Shown here: positions 23,504 to 25,358 of the stretch, piece by piece
Layout of the letters: each line of letters begins with the position of its first letter
How positions within the stretch are numbered: the first letter of the stretch is position 1
DNA from: Verrucomicrobiota bacterium
Lineage (GTDB): Bacteria; Verrucomicrobiota; Verrucomicrobiia; Chthoniobacterales; UBA6821
Length of the DNA stretch: 25,358 nucleotides
Direction: 5' to 3'
Assembly (NCBI GenBank): GCA_008932965.1
Contig: WBXG01000023.1
Span: 1 to 25,358, forward strand
The notes under the pieces: generated by a model
Databases searched by the model: none
Told to the model about the DNA's origin: nothing
The model's input: only the letters and a program-made list of their open reading frames with translations
Made by a program: the position numbers and the translations under genes

Positions 23504-24169
23504 TCAAGCATTTGTTGACGGAAGATTTTTTTTGGCCAAAGGGCGTGCAGCAGCAACTAAAAGATTACACGCCTCTCTACAAAGCAAAGGTATTTCATCA
23601 ATCTGATTGGAGACCCTCTTTTTTTCTGCGGGAAGGGTGGAAATTTCTTGAACTTGTGAAATCGACCAGAGGACTTTCCTCAAACAACCCTTGTTGGAAG
23701 AACAGGTTTTTTCAATGAGTTCTTGGGCCTGCTCTTCTTTTAATAACTGCGTAATTCGATACATTCCAGTTTGACGATCGAGCGTTTCTCGAAGAGGAGT
23801 AATAAGAAGTTTTTGTTGCAGGAAGGCCCCATAAAGATCCAATGCTGCTGGATAAAAAAAATCGAGCGCTAAGATCACTTGCTCTATGTTCTTAAGCTGA
23901 ATTAACCAACCTCGACGGAGGGTGGGTGCTGTTTTAAGAGGGCGAAATGATCCTAGAGCATCGTAGCGGGCGATTGCACGTGCTGCTTCCGGTACATCAT
24001 AGTGAGCCAACTCATTTTCATTCAAAAGTCGGTCTTCATAATGACGCAGTGAAAAGTGAGCATCTAATAAAATTTCTCCCATCAATCCGCTCCCTTGGGC
24101 AACAACTGATTCAATCAAAGAAGCTTTGGATAAATGTTCCTGTGAGGAGAGCGCCATAAAAAAACCCAT
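23504..24169 (-). CDS. Hypothetical protein with four C-terminal cysteines (CxxxxxC ... CxxxC)
   Basis: 221-aa ORF upstream of, and co-oriented with, the amidohydrolase and rph. It contains CSSNKGC and CREAC. I have a vague recollection of similarity to the DR2241-type family, which I cannot verify. Confidence 0.55.
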   Translation of the reverse strand: MGFFMALSSQEHLSKASLIESVVAQGSGLMGEILLDAHFSLRHYEDRLLNENELAHYDVPEAARAIARYDALGSFRPLKTAPTLRRGWLIQLKNIEQVILALDFFYPAALDLYGAFLQQKLLITPLRETLDRQTGMYRITQLLKEEQAQELIEKTCSSNKGCLRKVLWSISQVQEISTLPAEKKRVSNQIDEIPLLCREACNLLVAAARPLAKKNLPSTNA

Positions 24170-24250
24170 TAATAAAATCTAGCAATGTTACTCAAGATAC
24201 GAAGCCTATCCTAAGAACAATGTGGAGTAGCCAGAGAGTAGGCAGTTTGA

Positions 24251-24295
24251 TAGAATATTCCAAGGTTCGTTTTCTTCTATGCGTTATAGAATATT
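24251..24295. promoter_or_regulatory. Two copies of tagaatatt, 36 nt apart start to start, in the divergent promoter region upstream of glmM; possible operator
   Basis: tagaatatt occurs at 24251-24259 and 24287-24295. The first copy contains the perfect 8-bp palindrome gaatattc. A 7-bp hairpin tctgaag/cttcaga lies at 24322-24340 in the putative glmM leader. Confidence 0.2.
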
Positions 24296-24387
24296 GCCCA
24301 CTCAGCCGATTCATTGATCAATCTGAAGGGATACTTCAGAAAAACGTGCTGAGGAAGCAGAACACCACTCATCATTATCAAATTTTA

Positions 24388-25358
24388 ATGGAAAATAATA
24401 AATCACGTCTCTTTGGGACAGACGGAATCCGTGGTATTGCAAACCTGGAGCCAATGACTCCTGAAAATGCTTTTCGCTTAGGGCGTGCTGCTGGTTATCT
24501 TTTTTTTGGCAAAAATCGATCTCAACGACCTTGCTTTATTATTGGAAAAGATACACGCCACTCAGGAAGCATGTTGGAAGGGGCTCTTGTTGCTGGCCTC
24601 AATTCTATTGGCGTTGATGCACTCTTAGCGGGAGTGATACCGACTCCTGCAGTCGCCTTGCTCACACGCCATCACCACGCTCAGGCCGGCATTGTTATTT
24701 CTGCTTCGCATAATCCAGCAGAGGACAATGGCTTGAAACTCTTTGGTGGTGATGGTTACAAGCTCGATGATGAAAAAGAATTATATTTAGAAGAATTGAT
24801 GTTTTCTTTAGAAGCTAGAGTTCCACAAAGACCCATCGGAGCCGATCTTGGAATATGTTCTTTTCTTCCCAATCCTCTAGAATCCTACATCACTGCTGTT
24901 CTTAAAAGTGTCCCTACACTTTCACTTAAAGGAATTCGGATTGCTGTGGATTGTGCTCATGGAGCAGCCAGTGAGTCTACTCCTCGGATTTTGGAAGCAT
25001 TAGGAGCCACTCTCTTTTTATTTCACAACACTCCCAATGGTTTAAATATTAATGAAGGTTGTGGAAGCACTCACGGAGAGGAGTTGCAACGCCTTACTTT
25101 AGAATCTCAAGCCCATCTTGGAATTGCACACGATGGAGATGCGGATCGCCTTCTTCTTTGCGATGCAGAGGGAAACCTCGTTGATGGAGATGAGATTTTA
25201 GCAATGACAGCTCTTGATGCTTTAAAGCAAAAAAAACTCAGGCATCAAACATTAGTAACAACCATCATGAGTAATTTTGGACTTGATGCTTGTTTGGAGG
25301 CGGCAGGAGGAAAAGTCCTTAGAACACCTGTCGGTGATCGTTATGTTATCGAAGCTAT
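24388..25358 (+). CDS. glmM: Phosphoglucosamine mutase (3'-truncated by window edge)
   Basis: The ATG at 24388 opens a frame to the window end: MENNKSRLFGTDGIRGIAN..., phosphoserine loop ISASHNPAEDNGLKLFG, and Mg site AHDGDADRLL. It is absent from the ORF track because it has no stop in the window. Confidence 0.92.
   Translation, partial: MENNKSRLFGTDGIRGIANLEPMTPENAFRLGRAAGYLFFGKNRSQRPCFIIGKDTRHSGSMLEGALVAGLNSIGVDALLAGVIPTPAVALLTRHHHAQAGIVISASHNPAEDNGLKLFGGDGYKLDDEKELYLEELMFSLEARVPQRPIGADLGICSFLPNPLESYITAVLKSVPTLSLKGIRIAVDCAHGAASESTPRILEALGATLFLFHNTPNGLNINEGCGSTHGEELQRLTLESQAHLGIAHDGDADRLLLCDAEGNLVDGDEILAMTALDALKQKKLRHQTLVTTIMSNFGLDACLEAAGGKVLRTPVGDRYVIEA

Noticed and set aside
921-24159. 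Many 60-118-aa ORFs nested inside or antisense to the large conserved genes, for example 921-1121, 1271-1590, 6716-7072, 10451-10863, 11955-12293, 15644-16178, 22871-23173 and 23512-24159
   Set aside because: They are shadow ORFs within genes whose products have clear family signatures. They have odd composition and no independent support.
24262-24275. tRNA T-loop-like aaggttcgttttc in the glmM upstream spacer
   Set aside because: No acceptor, D or anticodon arms can be drawn around it. It is a chance GGTTCG word.

Overview
This is a chromosomal housekeeping window from a moderately AT-rich bacterium. Protein signatures (L28, a topoisomerase III-like enzyme, a CesT-like chaperone) suggest the PVC superphylum (Verrucomicrobia or Chlamydiae relatives), but that placement is low confidence. 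Coding content in order: recF (+); two tandem paralogous unknown helical-repeat proteins (-); dnaA and dnaN (+); then a mostly minus-strand block with an SSS-family symporter, alpha/beta hydrolase, purM, purF, APC permease, type IA topoisomerase (topo III-like), sufE, rhodanese sulfurtransferase, a small unknown ORF, rpmB, rph, an amidohydrolase and a Cys-containing unknown protein. A CesT-like chaperone gene and a 3'-truncated glmM lie on the plus strand. I saw no tRNA, rRNA, CRISPR array, transposase or recognisable defence genes. The main unexplained signal is non-coding. A family of related elements occupies 7 of the 12 intergenic gaps of at least 90 nt. There are five long copies of about 180-270 nt, all on the + strand whatever the flanking gene orientation. 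Three are short-form (one cut by the window edge). Two are long-form and carry a nearly identical 81-nt GC-rich insert (78/81). There are also two internally deleted mini-copies (one +, one -) and one partial copy abutting a full copy. Each complete copy is closed by a long terminal helix or inverted repeat. In the best copy this is 24 consecutive pairs, and its only non-Watson-Crick pairs are G-U when read on the + strand. I cannot match the family to any RNA class or IS I know. It looks like either a structured ncRNA family with a variable expansion domain or a MITE-like mobile element, possibly both. Other items of note are the paralog pair inserted between recF and dnaA, the orphan type III secretion chaperone-like gene, and the absence of an obvious DnaA-box cluster next to dnaA.
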